Source: Octopus sinensis (taxonomy: Eukaryota). From it: a stretch of 64,000 nucleotides of DNA. The translations under genes were made by a program, and so were the position numbers. Shown here in pieces: positions 11,449-24,237 of the stretch; the first letter of the stretch is position 1; every line of letters starts with the position of its first letter. The stretch lies in assembly GCF_006345805.1 (NCBI RefSeq), contig NC_042997.1, positions 187,302,001 to 187,366,000 of the forward strand, in the 5' to 3' direction. The notes below the pieces were generated by a model that was given only the letters and a program-made list of their open reading frames with translations, was not told the origin of the DNA and did no database searches.

Positions 11449-11945
11449 GGTGTCTTTCAGTTTCTGTCTACCAAATCTACTGATATATATATATCAGACT
11501 GGAGTCTGGTGCAGCCTTCCAGTGTGCCAGCCTAGTCAAACCGTCCAACCCATGCCAGCATGGACAACAGATGTTAAATGATGATGATGATATATATGTT
11601 ATTATCATCATCATCATCGTTTAACATCCGCTTTCCATGCTGGTATGGGCTGCACGGTTTGATTGAGGACTGGTGAGCCAGATAGCTGCACCAGGCTTCA
11701 ATCTTGATCTGGCAGAGTTTCTAAAGCTGGATGCCCTTCCTAACACCAACCACTCCGAGAGTGTATATGTGTGTGAATATATCTATGAGTGTGTATCTTA
11801 GTGTCTGTGTTTGTACCCCCCATCACCACTTGACAACTGGTGTTGGTACCTCTACATCCCCATAGCTTAGCAGTTTGGCAAAGGAAACCGATAGAATAAG
11901 TACTAGGCCTAAAAAGAAGGACCTGAGGTAGATTTCTTTGACTAA
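11205..11945 (+). mobile_element. SINE family A interrupted by two oppositely oriented RTE family D tails and a local inverted duplication
   Basis: Head 11205-11410; D tails ~11495-11592 (+) and ~11600-11762 (-); SINE tail 11765-11945. Confidence 0.75.
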
Positions 11946-12439
11946 TAGCCAAACAAATTGTTTGATACAGAGCACAGCAGAAAGTCTGCCCTGATTTCAT
12001 AGGTTAATAAAAAAAAAAACAAGCACATGAAGATGCATGAAAAAAACTTTGTATTTGTATGAAGTTCATTAAATGCTATTTTCTTTTCTGTTTCAGGTAG
12101 TTCCCACCATGGCCTGGGGTGGAGAGCATCGTTTCTTCTTGTAGCTTCATGTGTTTTTTTTTTTTTTTTTTATTAACCTTTGAAATCAGGACAACTTTCC
12201 TGCCACACCCTGTATATAGTTTGGCAATTGATGTCTCCTAAGGTTTTTATTCAGAATTTCGTAGACACACAGGTGTATGCCTAATCTCTCAGACGTCTGT
12301 AGAAAGATTACACATGTGCCTGCATGTCTATGAAACTCTGAGTATGATCATGGGAATCATTAACTGCTGAACTACAAAGATATGTACTCTACATAGTATT
12401 GAATGGTTGCTCATTTCTTTGTACATTTTTGGTTGCATA

Positions 12440-12780
12440 TATGTGTGTGTATGCATACATACATGCATACATACATACATACATACATACATACATACAT
12501 GTATACATGCATACATACATACAACCATACATACATACATACATACATACATGCATACATACATACATGCATACATGCATACATACATACATACATACAT
12601 ACATACATACATACATACATACATGTATACATGCATACATACATACAACCATACATACATACATACATACATACATACATGCATACATACATACATACAT
12701 ACATACATACATGCATACATACATACATACATACATACATACATACATACATACATACATACATGCATACATACACACAT
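12440..12780. repeat. (TACA)n compound microsatellite
   Basis: Direct. Confidence 0.95.
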
Positions 12781-12990
12781 GTTATCGAGTATGGCCATTG
12801 CAAGAAACTTAACTATTATTGGTGCTGTGATCGAATGTGACTTTTTAGCCTACCTAATGATCTACAATGTCTTGTACAGAATTGGCAGCTAAAACCTTTA
12901 GCGGTAATAGCCGGCTGTAGTTGTAACTGGGCTTCATGTACCTTTGCATGTCGTTTAAGTCCTCCTGCCGAAATACACTCTCTTCCACAT
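12781..12990 (-). pseudogene. C-terminal C2H2-like zinc fingers and 3' UTR of an RTE-like LINE
   Basis: CGRECISAGGLKRHAKVH and FSCQFCTRHCRSLGRLKSHIRSQH*, short 3' UTR (GCAATGGCCATACTCGA), then (ATGT)n; the CxxC-x3-C-xS-xx-L-xSH pattern is typical of RTE ORF2 ends. Confidence 0.6.
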
Positions 12991-13121
12991 ACATACATCC
13001 ATACATACATACATGCATGTATACATACATACATGCATACATACATACATGTATACATACATACATGCATACATACATACATACATACATACCTACATAC
13101 ATATATGCATATATGCATACA

Positions 13122-13262
13122 TACAGAAATACCCTGCTTTTGATGTCAAAATTTCCAATAAAGGAGCCTTGCATCTTGGTTAGAAAATGGCTCTTTCTCA
13201 ATTGACAGGAAATCTTGAAATAAAACTGAATAATGACATATATACATATATACACACATACA
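13122..13262 (+). mobile_element. short repeat ending in (TACA)n, probable retroposon 3' end
   Basis: GGAGCCTTG..ATCTTGGTTAGAAA..GGCTCTTTCTC..GAAATCTTG.AATAAAACTGAATAATGACATA also at 24655-24790; weaker copy at 24905-25030. Confidence 0.6.
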
Positions 13263-13271
13263 TGTATTCTT

Positions 13272-13812
13272 TTATACTGTTACTTGTTTTCAGTTATTTG
13301 GCTGTGGCCATGCTAGAGCACAGCATTGACAGATTTCAGTCAAACAAATCAACCCCAGGACTTACTTTTTGAAGCTTAGTCCCACTGCATGGTACCTTGG
13401 GCAAGTGTCTTTTACCATAGCCTCTGGCCGACCAAAGCCTTGTGAGTGGATTTGGTAGATGGAAACTGAAAGAAGCCTGTCGTATATGTGTATATGTGTG
13501 TGTTTGTTTGTCCCCTCACCATTGCTTGACAGCCGATGTTGGTGTGTTTGCATTCCCACAACTTACCAGTTTGGCAAAAGAGACCAATAGAATAAGTACT
13601 AGGCTTACCAAGAATAAGTCCTGGGATCAATTGGTTCGACTAAAGGTGGTGCTCCAGCATGACCGCAGTCAAATGACTGAAACAAGTAAAAGAATAAAAG
13701 AATATATATATATATGACAGGCTTCTTTCAGTTTTCACTACCAAATCCACTCACAATGCTTTGGTTGGTCTGAGGTTATAGTAAAAGATACTTGCTCATG
13801 GTGCCATGCAGT
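13272..13812. mobile_element. rearranged SINE family A (minus tail, plus body, minus head)
   Basis: Orientation switches near 13379 and 13712. Confidence 0.75.
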
Positions 13813-14399
13813 GGGATTGAACCCAGAACCATGCAGTTGGGAAGCAATCATCGTATCACATAGCCACCCACGCTGCACCTATCAATGTATTTTATTTTAG
13901 GGAGACACATATAGATTAGAGTTTTTATAGTAAGATACAACAAGGAATATTTTGTTTCCCAAATTCCATAGTGTGTAACCTAAATCCCTGCAGTCTTGTC
14001 ATAGCTGATATGCATGTCATGGGGTCAACATCACTGTCATAGAATCTCCCTTGTTGGCCCCTAATAGTTTTGTCACTCTTCATGGTAATGGCGGTGGAGG
14101 TATCGGTGGTGGTGGTGGTGGTGGTGACTTGTTGGGGGGGTGCTTGTTGTTGGTGGTGGTATTGGGGATGAGGGTATGTAAGTGTTTGTAAGGGGGAGTG
14201 GTTTTGCAGTTTAGCTTAGGTTAGCACTGATCAAATCTGTTCCAGCTGTGACCATCCTGTCTTTCTGAATGGTGTTGGTGGTGACAGGGTCAGTCATAAT
14301 GGCAGCAACAGCTGTAGTAGTATTGATAGTAGTAGTGGTGGTGGTGGTGGTGGTTTAAAGTACTAATAATGATTGTGTCAGTGATGAAATTAATGGTTC

Positions 14400-14446
<47 letters not shown>

Positions 14447-14447
14447 A

Positions 14448-14508
<61 letters not shown>

Positions 14509-14729
14509 GGTGGTGATGATGATGATGATGTCAAAAGCTGATGGAATTGTTGTTGTTGTTGTTGTTATATCATGCCAGCAAGGGTTGGGTGTGTGAGGTG
14601 TAACAGTGGTGCTGTATAAAAGTGAAAGAGATCTTTGGCAAGCGAAGGAAAATGCTTGAGGTGTGAGGTTGTGACAACTAACTACTCAGTGACTTTTAAC
14701 TTAACTTCCCTATGCCATCGCACACACCT

Positions 14730-14812
14730 CATGTATATATTTATACACACACACACACACACACACTCTCTCTCTCTCTCTCAAACATAACCACACACAC
14801 TCTCTCTCTGTG

Positions 14813-14844
<32 letters not shown>

Positions 14845-15177
14845 CACACACACAACACATACACAACACACACACAACACAACACACACAGCCCTCGCAC
14901 ATGTGTGCATGCTTGAACATACACATATAAACTCATGCATATACGAACACATACACGCACAAGCACACATTCAAACAAGCACTCACACAAACACACTCAA
15001 ACACACACACAAGCAAACACTCACACATACACAAATACAGGCACAAGCACACGTACCCCTCACACACAAACATACAACATACACACACAAGTACGCATGC
15101 ACACACACACACACATCCACAAACAAACAAACACACACACACTCAAACACAAACACACACACACATGCACACACACA

Positions 15178-15213
<36 letters not shown>

Positions 15214-15338
15214 TGCGCGCACACACACACCACACACACACATGCGCGCACACACACACACACGCACGCACGCACACACACACACACACACACACACATG
15301 CGCACACACACACACACACAACACACACAACACACACA

Positions 15339-15382
<44 letters not shown>
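14730..15382. repeat. (CA)n compound microsatellite
   Basis: Direct. Confidence 0.95.
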
Positions 15383-15383
<1 letters not shown>

Positions 15384-15924
15384 CATGCTCTCGATTTCAG
15401 TAAGTACAGACCATAAAGAATCTTTGGCAGAACCATAAAAAAAAAACGAACCTTCCTAGAACCTTCTGTTACATTCATTCTTTTCCTCTTTTTCACTTTT
15501 TGATGGTTTTTACAAGGAATTCTTTGACTTAGACAACACACCTACCTCCCCCCACATGTTCTCTCTTTCTTCCTCCTCCTCCCTCTCTTTAGGGTTCTTT
15601 TCTCTCTATATCTTCCACTCTTCCGCTCTCTCTTTCTTTCATCTCTTCCCACACATATGTACGTTTTTATATACACACACACAGAGCTTGTGCATACATG
15701 CACATAAATATGTATGCTCGTATATTCACACTCACACAGAGAAATATGTGCACATATGCATATTCATGTATCTGCCCCTTACTGAAGGAAGTACCAATAA
15801 TGTCTACAAGATGGGGTCTTGGTCTTGCAAGTACACTTGTGCTTCTTTGTCCTCATGGAGCTCATAACAAAGAGGCACTAAATCCGTAGTTTTGCTTTTT
15901 TACGTTCAAAAGTTTGTATGTGTA

Positions 15925-16235
15925 TCATAATCACCATCACCATCATCGCCATCATCACTATCATCATCATCATCACCATCACTATCATCACTATCATTAC
16001 TATCATCACCATCACCATCATCACCATTATTATCATCACCACCATCATCATCATCACCATCAACATCATCACCACCATCATCATCAACACCATCACCATC
16101 ATCACCATTATTGTCACCATCATCATCATCATCGTCATCATCGTCATCATCGTCGTCATCATCATCATCGTCATCATCATCATCATCATTATCATCATTA
16201 TCATCGTCATCATCATCATCATCATCATCATCATC
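15925..16235. repeat. (CAT)n microsatellite
   Basis: Direct. Confidence 0.95.
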
Positions 16236-16410
16236 TTCCATGCTTGCATGGGTCCAAGCATGTTATTCATTGAGGTAGATTTTCCTACAACCGGATGTCC
16301 ATCTTATTGTGTCACCCCTCAAATATTTCCCTCGCATGGTAGTATTTCTTCATGGCCAAATGGATTTTCATGGAAGACTGGCAATGAAGAGTTCTGCGTC
16401 TGTGATCGTG
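16236..16410 (-). mobile_element. RTE-like 3' end, second subfamily
   Basis: TTCCATGCTTGCAT..ATTGAGGTAGATTT next to (CAT)n; related copy ~26712-26890. Confidence 0.55.
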
Positions 16411-16489
16411 GCACATATTTATAACTATCCAGTGAGGTTGCTAACATGTTCATGCCCATTCAGACACAGACAGACAGATGCACACACAT

Positions 16490-16534
<45 letters not shown>

Positions 16535-17099
16535 ACACACACACACACACACAGTGAAATGACAGTATGATCTAATGAAAGAATTATTTAAAATAATCAC
16601 TTGAGGAAGCACATCTTACACCTTTGATCATGTCAAGAGCTTTATCTTTTACTTGTTTCATTGATTAAACTGTGGCCATCCTGGAGCACTCACTCGAAGA
16701 ATTTAGTCAAACAAATCAACCCTAGTACATTTTTTGTTTGTTTTGAAAGTCTGGTGCTTATTCTATCAGTGACTTTTACAAAATCTCTATGTTATAGGGA
16801 TGTAAACAAACCAAGATCGGCTGTCAAGTAGTGAGGGGAATAATCACACACATATATGTGTGTGTTGACATATATGCATGCATGTATGTGTATAATGATG
16901 GGCTTATGAAAATTTAGAAAAATGCACAACCAATCAATTGTGCCATGTAAAAAGTACTGTGAAATGGTTGGCATTACCAAAGGCATCCAACCTTAGAGAC
17001 CATGCTGAAACAGACAATTGGCGCTTCTCTTTGCTTTGCCCTCAAACTCATGTTAGCACGGAAAATTCATATTAAATAATGATGATGAGGACTTTTAAT

Positions 17100-17730
17100 A
17101 TACAGTGTTTCAAACTTCAAAATGAAATAAAAGATTGTTATGGTAACATATTGTCAAGAAATTTCAGGAACTTTCTCAAGTCTCAGTGGGAGACTAAATA
17201 CATTCCATGATGTTGAAATGAAAGACCATAAACTGGAAGAATACAAAGATAAATTCCAAGTTCTGCTTAGTAATTTCTTCACTGGGTTTAATGACTTACA
17301 GATGCTGAAGCCATACTTTGCATTTCTTATAAATCTATTCATGGTTGATGTGATCAATGACGCTTTGTCCAATTTTCAAATCTCTGGTTACAAAATCTGC
17401 GGTGGAAGTAAAACTAATGGAATTACAAGAGGACTTTGGTTTAAAAAATGAGATACAAATCCCAGTTTACAATTCACTTCTTGAATCATGTTCCAGAAAT
17501 AAAATATGCTTAACCGAAGGAAATTAGCGTGTGGCTCATCTCAATTTTCAGCACAATATTCTACTGGGAATCACTGTGCTCTGTAATGAATATTGTGAAA
17601 TCGAAATATCATGCAATTCTTAGTTAGAAACACCTGACAGAAGTAATTCCTACAGCCTTGCAGCATATTGACCAGATTTTCAATAACTCATAGCCAGCCA
17701 TGAGAAGGACCCGAAGGACATTTAATAACA
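17100..17730 (+). pseudogene. hAT transposase C-terminal remnant (GTF2IRD2/SPIN-like)
   Basis: KFQVLLSNFFTGFNDLQMLKPYFAFLINLF, then frameshifted ISIFSTIFYWESLCSVMNIVKSKYHAIL resembling the hAT dimerisation domain. Confidence 0.7.
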
Positions 17731-18221
17731 GTAAATAGTGGCTTTAATAGTCTGGTAATTGTAATATTATTTGGTGCTGTAAAAATATTATGAGAAAACT
17801 GTAATTTTGCAAGGTATTATCTCATTAAAATATCTCTAATTTTATTGGTTTGCTTTTCTCTGTGTATTTCTGTCCATGTTTTAACCAAATATTTACTGAG
17901 ACAAATAAATATCATTAAAGATATCTGATATTTTTTTTTTTCATTTAGTTTCCACTTTACATTTTATTTTCAACAGTCTAATTTTACATTACTGAAATGT
18001 AAATTTGCATATTTTTTCTGAGATATTTCCATAGTTCATTACCATAATAAATATTCTCAATGTAGTTAAAACAATCAACAGTCAAAATTTTGAAAACATT
18101 TAGTATTTCATGTGTAATTTGCAATTATTGAGACTGATCTAAAATAGTAGTTTAAAATATTACATACATAAGTGAATATTATTTTATACTTGTGTTTTAT
18201 AATAATTATATAAAAGTCAGA

Positions 18222-18620
18222 TGTAAGAGTGGCTGTGTGGTAAGTAGCTTGTTTACCAACCACATGGTTCTGGGTTCAGTCCCACTGCATGGCAATTTGG
18301 GCAAGAGTCTTCTACTATAGCCTCGGGCCAACCAAAGCCTTGTGAGTGGATTTGGTAGATGGAAACTGAAAGAAGCCCATTGTATGTTTGTGTATATGTG
18401 TGTTTGTGTGTCTGTGTTTGTTCCCCCCCCCCCGCAATCACTTGACAACCGATGTTGGTGTTTTTACTTCCCTGTAACTTAGCAGTTCAGCAAAAAGAGA
18501 CCGATAGGATAAGTACTAGACTTCCAAAGAATAAATCCTGAGGTCGATTTGTTTGACGACTAAAGGCAGTGCCCCAGCATGGCTGCAGTCAAATGACTGA
18601 AACAAAATAAAAGAAAAAGA
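18222..18620 (+). mobile_element. SINE family A
   Basis: Full copy. Confidence 0.9.
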
Positions 18621-18626
18621 AATATA

Positions 18627-18699
<73 letters not shown>

Positions 18700-19514
18700 A
18701 CTTCAAAAGCATAAGCATACATATGAAACATACATATAAACATACATGCATTTTTGAAGAAATAGTACAATTTCTCTGAAAGACACATGCTGAAATTTAC
18801 TGGAACTTAATATGAAGAAGAAACGATAGTTTTGATAAGCAAGCTGAATGAATAAAAAGAAAAAAATAATAAAATAATAAAAGAGTGTGCGACTACCCCA
18901 GACATGTTGAATAAGAGTAAGATGTGATAATAATGGTACAGAACTCAAAAAGAAAGTTCCCACCAAAAGTTGTCAAAAAGAACCATCTCTGAATCAGATC
19001 ATATAGTCAGATAGAGGTATAATAATCTCATGTTTTATCACAGAGATCTCTGATCACACTGTATAGCTGTCAAATATCATCACTCTTCTCCTTCTCCTAA
19101 AATAATCAAACCACCCAGGCTAAAAATCACCGACCAATAGCCTGCCAGAACAACTTGTACACGATATACATTTGAGTGCCTCAATTTATTATTACAGGAT
19201 CATTGCACTATCAATAATATTGTAACATCTAAGGAAACCGGAGGAGAAAGCAGTAAGGGTCTGTATAGAACAGCTATGAGTTAACAAAACAATCCAAGGG
19301 AAAAGAACAAAAAAAAAAGAAAACAAAACAAAAAAAAAACAGGGATTTGACTCTGGTGTGGTTTCATTACCAGAAAAGTTTTTGATAAAATATCGTGGGA
19401 TTATTGAGCCTTATGCGTATTAATTGCTATTCATTGCCTAACGATGACACATTATACAGTCCTATTTCTGAGAGTGAGGACATGTAGTTTAGTGGTTAGG
19501 GGTGGTGCACTCAT

Positions 19515-19992
19515 TCTTTTTATTTGTTTGTTTTTTTTTGACTGCAGCCATGCTGGAGATCCACCTTTCGCCGAACAAATCAACCCCAAGAACTATTTTT
19601 TGTAAGCCTAGTATTTATTCTATCAGTCTCTCTTTGCCGAACTGCTAAGTTACAGGGATGTAAATACACCAATATTGGTTGTCAAGCGATGGTGGGGGAG
19701 GACAAACAGAGACAAACATATACATACATACATACTCCATTTGGTAGATGGAAACTGAAAGAAGCTTATCATCATCATCATCACCATTATTTAACGTCCG
19801 TTTTCCATGCTAGCATGGAAAACGGACGTTAAATGATGATGATGATGATGATAAGTTTCTTTCAGTTTCCATCTACCAAATTCACTCACAAGGCTTTGGT
19901 TGGCCCAAGGCTATAATAGAAGATACTTGCCCAAGGTGCCATGCAGTGGGACTGAACCTGGTAAGCAAGCTACTTACCACACAGCCACTCCT
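19515..19992 (-). mobile_element. SINE family A containing a ~143-bp palindrome
   Basis: Tail 19515-19740, head 19850-19992; palindrome centred on CCATGCTAGCATGG. Confidence 0.8.
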
Positions 19993-20264
19993 GCACAAAA
20001 CTGTGGTTTTGATTCCTGGATTGGGTGGTGTGTTGTCTTCTTGTGCAGGACACTTTATTTTATGTTGCTCCAGTCCACTCAGCTGTACTTGATCAACTCT
20101 ACAATGGACTGGCATCCTGTTCAGAAGGAATGTTGTAATTTTGGTCATTTTTATTCTATGGAAACCAGGTAAACTTTTCTTTTGGGTTCTAGGACTTGAG
20201 GCAGTAATTACTTGTTTGAGGGGAAAGAACAAACCAATACAATTAATATCATAAATTACCAAAT

Positions 20265-20406
20265 GTTCTGAGTTCAAATTCTGCTGAGGTCGACTTTGCC
20301 TTTCATCCTTTCGGGGTCAATAAATTAAGTACCAGTTGTGTACTGGGGTTGATCTAGTCAACCAGCCCCACCCCCAAGTTTTGGGCCTTGTGCCTAGAGC
20401 AGAAAA
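20265..20406 (+). mobile_element. tRNA-derived SINE family C, partial
   Basis: GAGTTCAAATTC..GTCGACTTTGCCTTTCATCCTTTCGGGGTCAATAAATTAAGTACCAGT. Confidence 0.8.
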
Positions 20407-20585
20407 GGTTATGCATTATCAAAAAAGGCATCTGACAGATAATAGCTTTGTCAGTGTGGTTGAATTTCTTTGAATTTAGAAGACTCTATCATCATCTTTT
20501 CAGCCAGGTGAGAACTGCAAATATCTTGGAGATGTGATTGTCAGGCATAATGGATATACTAGCAAGAACATGGAAAGAAACTAAT

Positions 20586-20639
<54 letters not shown>

Positions 20640-20844
20640 AAGAGAAAATAAAGCGGTCATCATGATTCTCATATTCACAGCATCTTCAATAGTGTCTGTC
20701 AAGGCTATCAGTGCCTATTTTTAGCCTTTTGCACTGGTCATGGCAAAAACTTAGGTGGATATAAAGACTTGGAAACTGTTCAGTGTTACTGAAAATTTCA
20801 ATATGACCCTGCTTCCTCTTCCAGCTGAAAGGTCATTGTCTTGC

Positions 20845-21060
20845 AGATGTTGGTGCCATGTAAAAGCACCTGTGTCAGTAGCATGTAAAAAGTACTCTGT
20901 ACACTCTGTAAAGTGTTGGTGTTAGGAAGGGCATCCAGCTGTAAAAACTGTGCCAGTACAGACAGGAAGAGCCTAGACAGCTCTTTGGTTTGCTAGCTCT
21001 GGTCAAACTGTCCAACCCATGCCAGCATGGAAAATGGATATTAAATGATGATGATGATGA
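20845..21060 (+). mobile_element. RTE family D 3' end
   Basis: Conserved tail then (GAT/GAC)n. Confidence 0.75.
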
Positions 21061-21819
21061 TGACGACGACGACGATGATGACGATGATGACGATGATGAC
21101 GATGACGACGATGACGATGACGATACGATGATGACGATGACGATGATGACGATGACGATGATGACAATGACGATGATGATGGCAATGATGATGACGATAA
21201 TGATGATGATGTATGCAGATTATATTTTCCAAGGTAAGCCAATCCTTAAATAGAATCTGTTGTGACATCAAATGAAGCTTAGATTGTAACACTGAAGGAA
21301 CATCACCAGCACAAAATATCTCAGTAACTATCTTGGGTGGCTTTACAATCATACAAACATGAATGTGATACTCTTGTGAGAACAGCCGATGAACATTAGG
21401 AGAAAATATTAAATTAAATATCCGACATTGACCCCTCCCAAAAGATTATTGGAAAAATCTGTTTAACACAGCAACAAAGCCAAAGAATAGATTAGTACAG
21501 CGAGAAGGTTGTTCCTTGGTTGTTGAAATGAAAAAGTTTGACCAAGGAGGGAATAAACCAAACTAAAAGCTGACTTGTTTGTAACAATCTTTCTTGAAGA
21601 TTATGTTCATGTAATCCAGAAGCAAGAAATCTTTAGTAACAAGAAGAAACTGCTGACAACAAAAGTAGGTTATGTAAAATCAAAACTAAACATGTCATTG
21701 CAAACTGCAAGAGAATTTCTTTGAAATATTATCTTCCTGTGATCAATTTATGGTATCTAGAGCAACCTGTAATAAAATAAGAAACTTATGGATAACAACA
21801 ATGAATAAAGATAAACACA

Positions 21820-22264
21820 TTGCCAGTGGAGCGCTAACAGCTCCATCCGAGTGGGATCACTGCCAGAGCGGCTGTCTGGCTTCCGTACCGGTGGCATGTA
21901 AAAAGCACCATTTGAGTGTGATCATTACCAGTGAGGCCTTACTGACACTTGTGTTGGTGGCACATGAACAAAACATTCGAGCGAGATTGTTGCCAGTGCT
22001 GCTGGACTGACTCTTGTGCAGGTGGCATGTAAAAAGCACCATTTCGTGCGTGGTCGCTGCCAGTACTGCCAGACTGGCCCTCATGCTGGTGGCACGTAAA
22101 AGCACCCACTACACTCTCGGAGTGGTTGGTGTTAGGAAGGGCATCCAGCTGTAGAAACTCTGCCAGATCAGATTGGAGCCTGGCGCAGCCATCTGGTTCG
22201 CCAGTCCTCAGTCAAATCATCCAACCCATGCTAGCATGGAAAGCGGACGTTAAATGATGATGAC
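21820..22264 (+). mobile_element. RTE family D 3' end with diverged tandem units
   Basis: GGTGGCAYGTAAAAAGCACC anchors plus tail. Confidence 0.85.
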
Positions 22265-23090
22265 ATTGAAAAGAATAATGAGGCAACATAAGTATAAAAA
22301 CAACAGATTAAAAGACATTTAATTAGATGTTTTTTAGTACCACTTGACAACAAAATGGTATAGAGGAGACATGAAAAATAAGGTATATATGAATCAGTGA
22401 GAGTCGACAAATTCAGAACTCCAGATGCCCTTTCAGTTTCATATCCATTAATATTAAAGCAACAGGATATGTACCAACCGGTCTAGATAAATGTGCAGTT
22501 GGCAGTGCCCCAGCATGGCCACAGCTCATGAGCTGAAACTAGATAAAATAAAAAAATAAAAAATAAAAAAGTTGAATTTGGATTCTTGGAGAAAGTCTGT
22601 TACTTTATAATGTAATTCATATATGATGTTATGGAATCATTGTAAATTGGTATTGTGGTGCTGTCAAATATCTGCAGAAAAAGGGTTTGGCCCCCAAGGA
22701 CATTCAAGACATTCCCCTACATTAGGGGATGACACCCCAGCTTTATTAGCAGTGCAACAGTGGACAGCGGAATTTAGGAGGGGAAGGAAAAGTCTTGAAG
22801 ATGACCCAAGCTCTGAATATCCTGCAACTTCTGCTACTGAGAAAAACATTGATCGCGTTCACCACATGCTGATGGATAACAGGTGATTGGCTGCAAATCA
22901 AATAGCCAATGCTTCTAGCATATCCTGTGAAAGAGTTGAGAATATTATTCACAATGAACTTGGCATGAAGCAGGTTTCAGCTTGGTGGGTGCCACGTTTT
23001 CTGACATCTGATCAAAACTGTACCAAGCTGATTACATCATGATAAAATCTAACATTTGAGACAGATCCAGCTGGTTTCCTTGAATGTTTT

Positions 23091-23434
23091 CATCGACCCC
23101 AGTGCATAACTGGTACTTAATTTATCAATCCAAAAAAGGATGAAAGGCAAAGTCAACTTCGGCGGAATTTGAACTCAGAACATAACGGCAGATGGAATAC
23201 CTATTTCTTTACTACCCACAAGGGGCTAAACACAGAGAGGACAAACAAGGACATACAAACGGATTACGTTGATTACATCGACCCTAGTGCATAACTGGTA
23301 CTTAATTTATCAACACCGAAAGGATGAAAGGTAAAGTTGACCTTAGCGGAATTTGAACTCAGAACGTAACGGCAGACGAAATACTGCTAAGCATTTCGCC
23401 TGGCATGCTAACGTTTCTGCCAGCTCACCGCCTT
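23091..23434 (-). mobile_element. SINE family C head-to-tail dimer
   Basis: Second unit fused at AATAGGTATT|CCATCTGCC (~23200). Confidence 0.85.
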
Positions 23435-23519
23435 AATGTCATATCTGCTGTTGATAACGTTTTTGAAGAACAAGATGAAAGCTTCTTCACAAATGGGATC
23501 CAAGCACTCCAGTACTGAT

Positions 23520-23725
23520 TGTTGTTGTTAAGCAACAAGACCGGTAAGGGTGATTAGGTGATGGTCTAGGGCTTAGGGGCGGGAGACCCCAGAACTTGCA
23601 AAAAAAAAAAAAACTTTGGTCGTCTTGTTGTAGTTGAGGGTTCTTAGTTGATGCCCGACACCACTGGGAGGTGACCCTCGAAGTTCCTGGAAATGGAGAT
23701 CTCCAGGTCCAAATTCTTGAACGGC
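23520..23725 (-). mobile_element. 5'-truncated retroposon 3' end with (AAC)n tail
   Basis: 13-bp TSD CTCCAGTACTGAT at 23507-23519 and 23726-23738. Confidence 0.8.
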
Positions 23726-24164
23726 CTCCAGTACTGATGGAAGAAGTGGTTGGACTTCAATGGGGACTATGCTGAAAAATAAATCTCACTCGATCAATTT
23801 CCATGAAAGAATCTTGGTTACCCTATGAACTTTTCAGCTGTAGAGATAAGGGACAAATAAAAAGTGCTTGTACAGAAGTAAAAACCTCTTGACCAGCAGA
23901 TGTTAAAACTATTAAAGATTGGTGAAACTGAAAACATGCCAAACTAATGAGAAATCTGCAGATACACTTTCTGAACTATAACTTTAGATATACACCTATA
24001 ATTATTGGAACATTTGGTTATGTAACTGATTACCTCAGCATTTGTCTTGACAAGCTGGGCTTCACAAAACCAGAAAGGATATGGCTAATTAAGAAATTAT
24101 AATTACAGTCCATTAAAAGAACTGAAAAATAAGTAAAACATTCTAGTCATTAGCTTGTGTTAGG

Positions 24165-24204
24165 TACATACATACATACATACATACATACATACATACA
24201 TACA

Positions 24205-24237
<33 letters not shown>

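Larger units (their letters stand above)
22570..23838 (+). mobile_element. second mariner family remnant (Himar1/irritans-like), middle deleted
   Basis: QQWTAEFRRGRKSLEDDP...NIDRVHHMLMDNR; VSAWWVPR-like motif; C-terminal FFTNGIQALQ..WKK..DFNGDYAEK*. Confidence 0.8.
18730..24150 (+). pseudogene. ancient RLE-type (R4/Dong/NeSL-like) LINE fossil broken by later insertions
   Basis: Collinear degenerate motifs: KNHRPIACQNNLYT (~19125), KYLG (~20520), HVIANCKRISLKYYLP (~21700), YTPIIIGTFGYV...LGF (~23990). Confidence 0.6.

Noticed and set aside
12099-12160. Strong splice acceptor TTTTCTGTTTCAG followed by ATG
   Set aside because: ORF of only 11 codons and no convincing donor
12816-13118. Host C2H2 zinc-finger gene
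   Set aside because: No TGEKP linker, RTE-style finger spacing, microsatellite N-terminus; treated as a LINE end, though not fully excluded
13925-14085. 52-codon minus-strand frame MKSDKTIRGQQGRFYDSDVD...
   Set aside because: Short, no family motif, adjacent to (ACC)n
17140-17451. GTF2IRD2/EPM2AIP1-like host gene
   Set aside because: Frameshifts and stops; C-terminal transposase remnant only
21880-22110. CRISPR-like repeat-spacer look of the GGTGGCACGTAAAAAGCACC arrays (also 2873, 56990, 58990)
   Set aside because: The spacers are homologous to each other, the array is part of an RTE 3' UTR, the DNA is eukaryotic and there are no cas genes
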